A stretch of 64,000 nucleotides of DNA. Origin: the human T2T-CHM13v2.0 reference genome, Homo sapiens. The notes under the pieces were generated by a model. It was given only the letters and a program-made list of their open reading frames with translations, made no database searches and was not told the origin of the DNA. Shown piece by piece: positions 41,364 to 56,289 of the stretch; position 1 is the first letter of the stretch; the number at the start of each line of letters is the position of its first letter. The stretch is taken from assembly GCF_009914755.1 (NCBI RefSeq), contig NC_060926.1; one strand, written 5' to 3'. Both the position numbers and the translations under genes were made by a program.

Positions 41364-43631
41364 TGATTTCTGTTCTTTTACATTTGCTGAGGAGTGCTTT
41401 ACTTCCAACTATGTGGTCAATTTTGGAATAAGTGTGATGTGGTGCTGAGAAGAATGTGTATTCTGTTGATTTGGGGTGGAGAGTTCTATAGATGTCTATT
41501 AGGTCTGTTTGGTGCAGAGCTGAGTTCAACTCCTGGATATCCTTGTTAACTTTCTGTCTCATTGATCTGTCTAGTGTTGACAGCAGGGTGTTAAAGTCTC
41601 CCATTATTACTGTGTGGGGGTCTAAGTCTCTTTGTAGGTCCCTAAGGACTTGCTTTATGAATCTGGGTGCTCCTGTATTGGGTGCATATATATTTAGGAT
41701 AGTTACCTCTTCTTGTGGAATTGATCCCTTTACCATTATGTAATGACCTTCTTTGTCTCTTTTGAACTTTGTTGGTTTAAAGTCTGTTTTATCAGAGACT
41801 AGGATTGCAACCCCTGCTTTTTTGTTTGTTTGTTTGTTTGTTTTCCATTTGCTTGGTAGATCTTCCTCCATCCCATTATTTTGAGCCTATTTGTGTCTCT
41901 GCATGTGAGATGGGTCTCCTGATGTGTCTTGACTCTTCATCCAATTTACCAGTCTGTCTTTTAATTGGGGCATTTAGCCAATTTACATTTAAGGTTAATA
42001 TTGTTATGTGTGAATTTGATCCTGTCATTATGATGTTAGCTGGATATTTTGCCCATTAGTTGATGCAGTTTCTTCCTAGCCTGGATGGTCTTTACAATTT
42101 AGCATGTTTTTGCAGTGGCTGGTACCAGTTGTTCCTTTCCATGTTTAGTGCTTCCTTCAGGAGCTGTTGTAAGGCAGGCCTGGTAGTGACAAAATCTCTC
42201 AGCATTTGCTTCTCCGTAAAGGATTTTATTTCTCCTTCACTTATGAAGCTTAGTTTGGCAGGATATGAAATTCTGGGTTGAAAATTCTTTTCTTTAAGAA
42301 TGTTGAATATTGGGCCTTACTCTCTTCTAGCCTTTACAGTTTCTGCCAAGAGATCAGCTGTTAGTCTGATGGGCTTCCCTTTGTGGGTAACCTGACCTTT
42401 CTCTGGCTGCCCTTAACATTTTTTCCTTCATTTCAACCTTGGTGAATCTGACAGTTATGTGTTTTGGAGTTGCTCTTCTCAAGGAGTATCTTTGTGGCGT
42501 TCTCTGTATTTCCTGAATTTGAATGTTGGCCTGCCTTGCTAGGTTGGGGAAGTTCTCCTGGGTAACATCCTGAAGAGTGTTTTCCAACTTGGTTCCATTC
42601 TCCCTGTCACTTTCAGGTATACCAATCAGACACAGAGTTGGTCTTTTCACATAGTCCCATATTTCTTGGAGGCTTTGTTCATTTCTTTTTACTCTTTTTT
42701 CTCTAAACTTCTCGCTTCATTTCATTCATTTGATCTTCAATCACTGATACCCTTTCTTCCACTTGATCGAATCGGCTACTGAAGCTTGTGCATGTGTCAC
42801 GTAGTTCTCTTGCCATGGTTTTCAGCTCCATCGGGTCATTTAAGGTCTTCTTTATACTGTTTATTCTAGTTAGCCATTCGTCTAATCTTTTTTCAAGGTT
42901 TTTAGCTTCCTCGCAATGGGTTCGAATATCCTCCTTTAGCTCGGAGAAGTTTGTTATTACCGATCTCCTGAAGCCTACTTCTGTCAACTTGTCAGAGTCA
43001 TTCTTTGTCCAGCTTTGTTCTCTTGCTGGTGAGGAGCTGCGATCCTTTGGAGGAGAAGAGGTGCTCTGGTTTTTAGAATTTTCAGCTTTTCTGCTCTGTT
43101 TTTTCCCCATCTTTGTGGTTTTATCTACCTTTGGTCTTTGATGATGGTGACCTACAGATGGGGTTTTGGTGTGGATGTCCTTTTTGTTGATGTTGCTCCT
43201 ATTCCGTTCTGTTTGTTGGTTTTCCTTCTAACACTCAGGACGCTCAGCTGCAGGTCTGTTAGAGTTTGCTGGTGGTCCACTCCAGACCCTGTTTGCCTGG
43301 GTATCACCAGCAGAGGCTGCAGATCAGCAAATATTGCAGAACAGCAAACGTTGCTGCCTGATCCTTCCTCTGGAAGCTTCATCTCAGAGGGGCACCCGGC
43401 TGTATGAGGTGTCAGTCAGCCCCTACTGGGAGGTGTCTCCCAGTTAGGCTACTTGGGGGTCAGGGACCCACTTGAAGAGGCAGTCTGTCTGTTCTCAGAT
43501 CTCAAACTCCATGCTGAGAGAACCACTGCTCTCTTCATAGCTCAATTGGAAAGGCAGAAATCACCCGTCTTCTGTGTCACTCATGCTGGGAGCTGTAGAC
43601 TGGAGCTGTTCCTATGTGACCATCTTGGAAC
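41364..43631 (-). mobile_element. Inverted 5' segment of an L1PA5/6-like element: 5' end, spliced 5'UTR, disrupted ORF1, and ORF2 endonuclease part
   Basis: ORFs 42703..43110 (MGKKQSRKAENSKNQ, ORF1p) and 41278..41871 (KAGVAILVSDK...GDFNT...YSKIDH, EN domain). The L1 5' terminus gttccaagatgg..ataggaacagctcc reads from 43631 on the minus strand. Confidence 0.93.
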
Positions 43632-45298
<1,667 letters not shown>

Positions 45299-45763
45299 CA
45301 AATTTAGGTTATTCTTATTTCAGAATATGAGCTCACTCACCCACACAGATGCTAGTTCTTGAATTTTGTTTGTACTAAATGAAAAACAACTTATTGGTTG
45401 GTTGACACATTTACCCCACTGGGGCCTGAATTCAGCCCCTTTTAGGAGGGACAGTTTCAGAATATGCCATGAGGTGTCTGCGGTGTAGATCCATGCTCTC
45501 TGCAAATAGGGGCAGCGGCTCTATAGCTGAGTCCTTTCCCAGACTCCTTTAAGAAATTTCAACAGGCTTTCACAGAGCTATGCCTGCTCCAAAATATACA
45601 TTGACATAATAAACCACAATGGATTTAAGTGTTTAAAGTCAGAAATACACTTTTAAAAATAAGTACTTCAGTTGGCCAGTGGAGCAGTAATACCTGGATG
45701 CTAAATTGAATTTGTTTAGAATAAACCACAGAGTAAACTTTAAAAAAAATGAAAATAAAAAAA
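45299..45763 (+). other. Putative L1 3' transduction with its own AATAAA (45720-45725) and A-rich tail (45742-45763)
   Basis: Non-L1 sequence between the L1 poly(A) and a second A tail, which is followed by the TSD copy aattttgatttgtca (45762-45776). Confidence 0.75.
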
Positions 45764-45855
45764 TTTTGATTTGTCAATTAAAATATACATTTATAAAGAA
45801 AAAATAATAAAACACTTTCCACATCATAGTTTATCTATAGAAAATGTGTCACCTT

Positions 45856-46658
45856 CCACAATGGTTGAACTAGTTTACAGTCCGACAAATATTGTAAAAG
45901 TGTTCCTATTTCTCCACATCCTCTCCAGCACCTGTTGTTTCCTGACTTTTTAATGATTGCCATTCTAACTGGTGTGAGATGGTATCTCATTGTGGTTTTG
46001 ATTTGCATTTCTCTGATGGCCAGTGATGGTGAGCATTTTTTCATGTGTTTTTTGGCTGCATAAGTGTCTTCCTTTGAGAAGTGTCTGTTCATGTCCTTCG
46101 CCCACTTTTTGATGGGGTTGTTTGTTTTTTTCTTGGGTAATGTACCCAAAGGACTATAAATCATGCTGCTATAAAGACACATGCACACGTATGTTTATTG
46201 CGGCACTATTCACAATAGCAAAGACTTGGAACCAACCCAAATGTCCAACAGTGATAGACTGGATTAAGAAAATGTGGCACATATACACCATGGAATACTA
46301 TGCAGCCATAAAAAATGATGAGTTAATGTCCTTTGTAGGGACATGGATGAAATTGGAAATCATCATTCTCAGTAAACTATCGCAAGGACAAAAAACCAAA
46401 CACCACATGTTCTCACTCATAGGTGGGAATTGAACAATGAGAACACATGGACACAGGAAGGGGAATATCACACTCTGGGGACTGTTGTGGGGTGGGCGGG
46501 GGGGGAGGAATAGCATTAGGAGATATACCTAATGCTAAATGACGAGTTAATGGGTGCAGCACACCAGCATGGCACATGTATACATATGTAACTAACCTGC
46601 ACATTGTGCACATGTACCCTAAAACTTAAAGTATAATAATAATAAAATTTAAAAAAAA
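45856..46658 (+). mobile_element. 5'-truncated, 5'-inverted L1PA3-like element (inverted part ~45856-46135, sense part ~46136-46658)
   Basis: Perfect 17-bp TSD agaaaatgtgtcacctt at 45839-45855 and 46659-46675. 3'UTR ttaggagatatacctaatgctaaatgacgag. Confidence 0.92.
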
Positions 46659-46859
46659 AGAAAATGTGTCACCTTAAAATTGTATACTTTTGTTGAAAAT
46701 GGATATTGAATAATGTCAAACATGAAAATGCAGCAGACCACTCAGAAGTATTCACTAGAGGAAAAGATAAAAAAAAAAAAGAGAGTCTGACATAGGAACC
46801 ACACTGTGCTTGAGCCCCACAAAGCTTCCACATTGCAAGTCTTCTGGGCTGTAAACATG

Positions 46860-47000
46860 GCGTTTATTTGCTGTGCACCTCAGTTTCCTCATCTGTGGAA
46901 TGGACATGACAATAAACCTCACAGGTTTGTTGTGAAGCATAAGTGTATTAATATGTGTAAAGTACTCAGAAATGAAGTAGTCAATCATTGTTAGCCTCTA
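46860..47000 (+). mobile_element. MIR core
   Basis: ctgtgcacctcagtttcctcatctgtggaatgg...cctcacaggtttgttgtgaag. Confidence 0.75.
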
Positions 47001-48944
47001 GTATATTGTTTCTGTTGTATTCTTGAATCTCAGATGTCAGAGACTTAAAAAAAATTTTCAAAAGAAAAGATAATGATAATGCAACCTGATTTCTATTTTG
47101 CTTCTACCACTTAAATAATAAATGATAAGTGTTAGTGCAAAGAGTGGTTGTCAGTCTTGCTAAGAATTAAATATAATTGCCAAAAGAGGAATGATTTAAT
47201 CATAAAATGAAGTGATTTGAAGGTATTACTAAAGCAAAATTAGTTCTTGTCTCTTTGTCTCTGATAGACAAAAGCCAGAGAACCTTTCTAGTTTTTCTCT
47301 TGAAATGGTGTTCACAAACTTACAGTAGGATGGTTTTTCTTTAATTTGCACTTTAATTCAGTGGAACTTTATTAGACTGAAATTAAGCAAATCCCAGAGA
47401 GGCCTGGAAACATAAATGGTTTTGAAATGTTATGGATTCTAAATTGGGCATTTTGAAAGACAAAGGTGAAGGCTAATAGTTTACATTTAGTACGAAACTC
47501 TGGCATTCCAATGGAAATTGGAATCAAATAATGGGATTTGTTTTTTAGGTAATAATATAATGAGTTAGCTGAAAGAGCTAACTTGTAATAGATTTATTAA
47601 GCCATAAAGTTTCATTTCTTTGAACAACATATTGTCAAAATCTTCACAGACAACTTCACTTATAAGAAAATTAAATGAAAGAACTATTTCTTTAAAAGTT
47701 AGATGTGGATTTTCTCTATTTGGGGAGGGGTTGAAAATGCCGCGTCAATGGATCTGGCTGTGATCCGACCTCTTAATCCTGTTTTAATTATGGGTTCTTT
47801 GCTACTTCTGATTTTATAGTTATATGTGACTGACATTCAGACATTCATAGTAATTTTTTAAATATGTAATTTTACATAAGAGTCCCTTCAATGTGACCTT
47901 AAGATGGGAGTCTCTAGATATAATTATAGAGAGGAAGGAACCGACCTAGAATGAGTTGATCATTTCCAGGAGTATCTCATTGTCAGATTTTTCAGTTGAA
48001 CACTGTGGCAGTTTCACATTTCTACAAGCTTGAGAGGAATGCAGAAGGGAGACCCACAAAGATGCTCATGTGGACAGCACTTGTCTGTTCCCACTGCTGT
48101 ATATTTGAAAACACTGGGGACCAAATATGATTAACCACATACTTCTCCCTGGAGACCTGAACCCTAAATATGCCTTTTTCCACCATACTCTGTGTTTTTT
48201 GAGACCAGTATGCTTGCGGCTAGGTGTCATTTATCAAATATGACATGAATGTTTGTTGTGCATAATCATTTTTGTTTAGGTTTAAAAATTTAATGGCAGT
48301 GAGTTATACTACCTGAAGATGCAGGCTGAAAGCATGAGTTTTGACAAAGTGAAATTTCATTTGATGATATCCATTATAAATCGTTTTTCTCTAACTTTAA
48401 AGTAACATCTCATTTTTACTGTGTCTTATTAACAAACTTTACCAATAGTGTTGTTTCCATAGTAAATGATATGTTTTAAATTATATATGCCCCATATTTT
48501 CCTGAAATTTTAAGACGTTTCTACACTAAGCTCTGTTCCTTCATCTGTAAAGTGAAGATGTTAAGACTCCATTATCTCTAAGATCTCTTCTGATACCCAG
48601 GGCACCCTAAGTCTAATGTCCAGCCTTTTTTATTATGGAGAATATCTTAGTAAATTTCCAAAGGCTTGCGAGGTGTTTCAGATTGCATCGCTCTGACTTG
48701 CCAAACGATCCTCTCTATTGACCATTACCGAATAGTATTCCCTGAAACCTCTTCCCCTGCTCCATGGATGTGACTGTGGCTCCTTGTGGAGAGCTAAACC
48801 CAGCCTTTGCCTGCCAGGAGCCGATTACAGCTGTGAGAGGTCCAGTCATCCTGTCCTACTGATTGCATCTGTGTCTGGTCATCTGAGAGAGTGAAATATT
48901 AATCTGCTTTCTTCTCTTCACTCTTTTCATGTGTATTCCCCTAA

Positions 48945-49202
<258 letters not shown>

Positions 49203-49699
49203 TGAATGGAGAAAGTGTCTGAAGACTTGAGGCCACTGAGACTTTCCCGCCAGATACAAAAAATATATGTGTGAACAGATCTGGGAAATAACTGGCTGCT
49301 GTTTTTGTACCTTAACTGGTTATTTTTACTTCTTAGAGTTACCTCTAAAAACCCAACATGATTCACATTCTTTTTTGCATACTTTTTATTACTGTAATAG
49401 GATTCCTCTGGATTTGTAAACTGACAAGAGTTGAGCCTAAAAGTACACAATCAGAAAAACAAAACTAAAAACAAGTAAACATAAAGGCAGCAAATAAGAC
49501 AGTTGTGCTTGCAAGAATGAAAGCTCAGTGGAGCCTGAGAGTGATTGTAGTATAAATTAAAGGCCATTTATCACATTTTATACACTTGAAGAAAACCATG
49601 GTGCCCAGAATGCATATTTCCTTTTGTATACTTAGAGAAGCTTAGTTTTCTAGGTTTCCAGAAAAAGAAGGAAGATCATGCTTCAGTCCTTTCACGTTG

Positions 49700-50170
49700 A
49701 GGTGAGTATAGTGTACTGGTTAGCTAGATGGCTGGTGTTCAAGTCCAGCTCAGTCCTTGCTAGCTGTATGGAAATGTAGGCAAGGGTCTTGACCAGCTGT
49801 CTCCCATTTCCTCACCGGTAGAATGGTGATAATAAATAATAACTACTTCATAGGCTTCCAGGATTAAATCACACAATGTGATGAAAACAATAAAGTGATG
49901 ATAGAGGAAGGATACACGTTTGCACCTCTTGCCACCCTCATTATTATCTCACACCGTGCAAGGAGACTTCTTGAGTTTGAATTCTGCCTTACCTACTCTC
50001 TCCCTGTGCATGTAGGTAAGCTGCTCAGCCTTGACATGCCTCAGTTTCCTCATTTGTGAAATTAGCAGTGCCTGGTTCCTCATGCTGCTGTTAAGACTAA
50101 AAGAGACAATATGTGTCAAGTGCTTAGCACAGTGCCTGTCACCAGCTGCTGATAAATGTTAGCCATCTGA
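49700..50170 (+). mobile_element. Two MIR fragments (~49700-49870 and ~49970-50170)
   Basis: tttcctcaccggtagaatgg...ggattaaat and gcctcagtttcctcatttgtgaa...aagtgcttagcacagtgcctg. Confidence 0.7.
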
Positions 50171-50389
50171 AAATAATCGTGATATGAATAATGTCTATCC
50201 TCTCCCACAGCAAAGCCAAGAAGGCCCCGTTACACTCAACAGAGCACCCCTGCACCTAGAATTCTGGCTTTGTTGAAGCAACTGTCGTCTCACACTTACC
50301 CTTCCACTTTTGTTTCAGACTAGATGTGGAGATAATGCCTTTTTCACTGGGAAATAAATGTACTTTGGACAGACACCTCTTCAGTTTAC

Positions 50390-50830
50390 TCCTTGGTTTA
50401 GTTAGCTTTTGTCGCATAATAAATAGTCATAATTTTTCAGTAATATACACATCAATAAGCCTTTATTTTTCTCATAGCTCTGTGTGGGGGAGCTGGGGTT
50501 TGGGTAGGATTCTGATTCAGGCTGGTGTCTCTTGATCCCACTGTAACTCTGCAGATCTGAGTGTGCTGCACTTCTTTCTCCTGCTCCTTGGATCAGCAGG
50601 CTAGCTGGCGCATGTCCCTCTCATGCCTCGAGCTGTCAGAGGGCCAGCGGCAGTGGGTGAATCCGCGGGCTCCAAGCTAGCACACTGTCACCCCACACAT
50701 AGGCCACTGGTCAAAGCAAGTCATATGGCTGAGTCCAAGGTTGAGCAGTAGAAAACACACTCCACCCACGATGAAGTTATGGCAAAGATGTAGATACAGA
50801 GAAGGGTAAAGAATTGAGTCCCATCACTCC
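50390..50830 (-). mobile_element. MLT1 LTR, degenerate
   Basis: ttagttagcttttgtcgcataataaa...ctttattttttctcatagctctgtg...ggtcaaagcaagtcatatggctgag. Confidence 0.6.
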
Positions 50831-50899
50831 ATCTATAAAACTGGCTCAGAAATACATAAGCAGGAGCAAAAGCGAAATAGTAGTAATAGCAACAACAAC

Positions 50900-51130
50900 A
50901 ATAGCAATGAACATTTATTGTGCTTAGTATATGCTGGACACTAGGATAGGTGTTTTATATGGGTTATCTAACTTTATTCACATTTACATTGGATTATTTT
51001 CAGTCCATTTTATCAAAGTGGAAATTACAGATTAGACCCTTTAGTGCCTTTCCTGTGGTCAGATAGCCAGGAATTACTTTAAGATTTGAATCCAGGCAGT
51101 CTGACTCCAGAACCTGCGTTATGCTGCACT
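50900..51130 (-). mobile_element. MIR
   Basis: aacatttattgtgcttagtatatgctggacact...gatttgaatccaggcagtctgactccagaacc. Confidence 0.75.
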
Positions 51131-54100
51131 GAAATGAAGCTCTTCCATATGATCCATTCATGTTCCTAGAGAGCAGGGCCTGTTCGCCTGGAGGTGTCTT
51201 GTATGGTGCTATCATCCTTAGCCAAGCCATCTAGGTTTGAGGATGAGTTCTTGGTCATGTTTGTGGATACCAGCTTGAAATTAGTCTTCTTATTCCTAAT
51301 GACAGCTCTATTTGCAGAATTTACTCCAAGTAAAATTGAAACTGAGATGACTTTTCGGAAATTAAAAGCAAACATCTTAGCTTTTTTATGGGCAATAACT
51401 TAAGCTCAAGCAGATATTGGCGAGCAGGTTTAATATGTATATCCATGTTTGTGTAAGTGAGCATCTCCTTACCTAAGCAGTTTCTAACAGTCCTGTTTCT
51501 TGCAGAAAGATTTCACTTTCCATTTATGTAAATTTCTTTCCTGACACTGGTCTGCTGAGTCAGACAATCACACCATTAAAAACCACTGGACAGCATATTT
51601 ATAGCTGATCTTAAACAGTAAGAGGCATCAGTCATGAACTTAGCCTTCTTGTGAATGTTTAGTATCCATTTGTCTTGTTTACCTTTTGCAGTGTAAAGGG
51701 TAGAGGCCTGAGATTTGTTCACAAAAAATCTGATTAACCAGGGGAAAAAAAAGTATTTTTCCATTCTCCTACTGTTGTTCCAGTAATCCACTGTTACTCC
51801 TCGGAAAATTGCCACCCATTCTATGATTCAGGATTCTGTCTTAGGAAAATTGTTTTGAGACTTTGTTCCTGTCCCTGTTGAGAGGATACACATGTAACAG
51901 ACTACAGTGTCTCTGGGGCAGAGGAGAGATCAGCACTGGGAACATCTTTGTCTCAGCATTTGGCCCTAGGTTTTTACCCGGAATCAACAAAATAATCTTT
52001 CAACCAGAGCACAATCTTTTTCTCCTCGCCCTTCATACCACTAATTAGTTCTCAAGGTGTTTTTCCCTTTAGGGAAGGTGGATTTTTTGAAAACTAAACT
52101 ACTTTGAAAGATATGACCAAATTCTTCCTGTGCATTCTGTGTGCTGGATTCTCCTGGGGGCTTCCATTGGTCTAAACAAAGATAGGCTACTTCTTGCCAG
52201 ATGTAAAACCCCTGAATACCTCGACTCTAATTGAGGGCATTGCTTTGTTTTGTTTTGTTTTATTTTGTTTTCCTTAATTCTCAGTCTACTGCTTTCTGTC
52301 ATGTCATCTCTTGTTTGAATTATTTCTAATAGAGGATGTAAATCTCTATTTGGAAACAAGAGCAGCCAGCTACTCTAGGACGCCCTCTTGGAAGTGAGTC
52401 CCTGACTCATTCTAAAAACCAACAGAACAATAATTCTACCCTGCTCAGAATTATCCAAATGCTTAATCTCAACTTGATATTTAACTTCAAGTCTGTACAT
52501 TAAGAAATAAAGCCCAGAAACTCTTCTGTGCATGCATCAGGCTGCACCACTTTTGATTACAGGCTGTTTTGTCATACGGAGCTCTTCATAGGCCCCTCTG
52601 AAGCATAACTTGTAGCTATGCCTCTTAGTGTACTATATGGCCATTGACCATAACAGCGGAATATTGCTTCTTAGAGTATTGATGCCAATGTGCCTAAGCA
52701 CTAGCATGCATTACATGTTTGTGGTTTCATTTAGTTACTGTCTTTCTTCCTGGGCGTTTGCCCCTGACATACAGTGTAGTTGCTTCTAGAACTAAAATAT
52801 ACTAAATACAAGCATATATGTCAACTGCTTCTGAAAGAATTATGAGCAGAATGAAGTTACGACATCCATGAGAATGATTTTCTAAAATGTTGCTTTTGTG
52901 GTTGGAATTTATGTGGTAGTGCTGTTGCTGTTCAATAAAAAGAAGTATCAGCTCTGTTGCAGTTAGAAAAAATACCTTTCCCTAAATCCACATCAAAATG
53001 TCCCTAAATCCACATCAAAATTTGCGTTTTATTTTGTCCAGGAAAGCACAAATGAAGTCTAAATGATCCGTCTGAAGATGTTAGATATTTTTATGTTCAT
53101 TTGCTAAACATTTTAAATTCATTTTGAGATCAGTGGTTTTTCTTTGCTTTGCTTTTCATGTACCATATTAACTGAAAATTTTTAGTAAAAATTTTTACAT
53201 CTATGGACTACACTTCCTTAAGTTGCTTGTTTTGCTACCCTAAAGAATTACTTTAAAAATGTATACATAACTAGAATAGTGCTTTCTTTAAAGTTAGGTA
53301 AGATATTGTAAGAACACACTGTAGTGAGAATAAAAGTCCCATGAAGTCTGTTGTACCAGTTCTGAATGGTGTTTTTGACTTCACTATGCTGACTTTGGGA
53401 GTGGTATGTCTCCTACTGAAACTTTGACCTAGTAAGGTAAGAATTCAAATTTACAGGAATTTTTGCTAAAGGAAGAATGTCGTATATCAGGTAGATTGTT
53501 TAGGGGCTGCTAAATAGAGAGAATACATTTAAGACTATCAGTTATTCTCTAGAGAATTAATTAGCCAGGTTTGTGCTTAATAAATTCTCTTGATGATGAA
53601 GAAATTAAGTGAAAGAAAAATGCCTGACATGGCTAATTGTAAATGTATGCACTCAGAATATGAAATAGACATAATTGAAGTAATTTGATTCTTGTGTGCT
53701 TAGGAAATTTGGGATTCTCCTTCTGAAGGATGCAGGATTTCATAATCTGCACTGTTTAGTAATGGGCAAAAGAAAGAATTTGGACCAATACAAGCAATCA
53801 TGATATTTTTAAATGACTAAACTCTAAATTTTTGGAGAGAAAATGCACATCTCTAGAATATCCAGAAACATGGCGCTTGATCCTGAATCTCCATGTCTCA
53901 TTGTCATGTGAGACATTTAACAGCATCCAAACTACTTAACTCCAGTAGGAGCTCCCAGCGTGACTAATTTCCACCCCCATCTCTGCCGGTATCTATAAAT
54001 CATGTGATAGATCTATAATTAATGAATTCAAAGGAAGATAAAAGGGACAGCTTTTTAAGGAAAACTAATGTTAAATGATTTCTTCAACTGGCCATTTTTC

Positions 54101-54547
54101 TTAAAATTTATAATGTTTTCTACTGGTGGGAGAACCTTGAGGATCCTTACTGGTAGTCAGTGACTTCTAAGCTGTTACCTCTGGCAAAAGGACCAGATAA
54201 TGTGAGAATGTCAAAATGCTATTGAAACTCCTCAAATGTAAGAAGCCAAACACTAACATTTTATTTCTAACCACAAAGATGTGATACATTTTAAGGACTT
54301 TAAAAGCAGGAACTTTGCCTGGAAATATACATAAATTCATAATCACTATATATCCAATAAGAATTTGACCTTAAAAAAGGAAGTTATTAATTTAAGCCTA
54401 GGAAAAATACATTTTAGCTAATTTTCCGTTTTAAAAAAATCTGAAAATGTTAGCATATGTTAATTCACATAGTCAGGCTTATTTATGAATTTTCTACCAT
54501 AGTAACTATTAAAATGTAATATAACATTACTTTTAAAATCTCAAAGT

Positions 54548-54705
54548 AGCTGGCACAGTAATGGGCACCTGTATTTTCAACTAAGCAGGAGGATCACTTG
54601 AGCTCAGGAGTTCCAGACTGTAATGCAGTATAATCGTGCCTGTGAATAGTCACTGTGCTCTAGGCCTGGGCAACACAGCGAGACCCCATCTCTTTTTTTA
54701 AAAAA
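54548..54705 (+). mobile_element. FAM (fossil Alu monomer)
   Basis: Monomer with the 7SL-type 3' end cgtgcctgtgaatagtcactg...ctgggcaacacagcgagaccccatctctt. Confidence 0.75.
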
Positions 54706-55045
54706 TCCCATAATTCCAGCATCTATCATTGTTTTTTCTTGCTGATCTTTATCACTTTTGCATTTTTATTTCATGAATGGAAATGCAAACAGGAAATAAA
54801 TTTACATGTACACTATACTGAATAAAATTTTGGAATGCTACAACATTTTGATGTGTATTTTGGACTCCGTGATTGTCTCAGTGGGCTTGAAAAAATTTAA
54901 GGGTTGATATTCCTAATGAAAAAGGAAATTATAATCTACAAAAGTTGATATAGCATGGTAATGATGCTTTGGCTCTGAAAATAGTAACTTTCCCCTGAAA
55001 AGCTATATTCGTCTTCATTATGGGTACCTATAGGCCATATATATG

Positions 55046-55047
<2 letters not shown>

Positions 55048-55086
<39 letters not shown>
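55048..55086 (+). repeat. (AC)n microsatellite, about 19 units
   Basis: Perfect run. Confidence 0.95.
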
Positions 55087-55088
<2 letters not shown>

Positions 55089-55734
55089 AAGACCAGTCAC
55101 TAGGAAAATGGACACAAACCAGAATGCTCAAATAAAACTCTGACCACAGTATGAACTCTGCATACATATACACACATGTTTTTGTTCTAGCATTCTGGTT
55201 GTACCCATTTTTATAGTGACTGGTTTTAAGCAATCTCAGTATAAGCAAGTGCCAAGTGCATAAAAACCACCACCAAGAAGTAAATCAATAAGATAAGTAT
55301 GTTGAAATGGCTTCCGAAATTCTAACCTAGTTAGGCATTCATGCAAATTATTCTTAATTCATATATAACATATATGCTTTAACAAGCTTCTTTTTAATCT
55401 GGTTTTCTAGGCCAAAGTAAATTAAGAGCAGAAAATCAGGAAGGAGATAGGAAAGGATGGAGAAGAAACTGGAATGACAGGAAAGAAAAAAGTGTAAAAC
55501 AAGCACAGAATGTTATTATTGTATGGTACACCAGAGAATATTTCTGATGGTTTGAAGTCAGTATTTCTCAAACTTTCTTGCAGAAGAAATTATAAGATTC
55601 AATGTGGCCATAGTAAAGGCCATAAGTTGCAGTATATCTGTTTATGCCCCATATTTTTCCAGAATGATTTTAAAATGAAAAGATTTATAATACATTTTGA
55701 AAGCATTATTTCAGAATGGTTTATGCATATGTTA

Positions 55735-56037
<303 letters not shown>

Positions 56038-56289
56038 TTACATAGAAATGGAGTGAGGTTCTTAAGACAATAACTGAATTACATAAATTTAAATTTTACA
56101 ATTTCTGAACAAGTAGAGATAGGGGCAGTATACAGAACGTAATCAAACTTTTTTTTTCTTTTTTGGAATTCTGAAGGTTCTCTGAATATGCCCTGGCATA
56201 TTCAAGACAGCTTAGGTTCGTGACTCTCTCATAGTTACAATTTGTAGATGAAACTTAACACCAGGACCAAAACACCTGATTGACTTAAT

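Noticed and set aside
41278-41871. 197-aa endonuclease-like ORF
   Set aside because: A broken L1 ORF2 EN fragment with a frameshifted start (AAAC expansion) and no final catalytic SDH motif. Not an independent gene.
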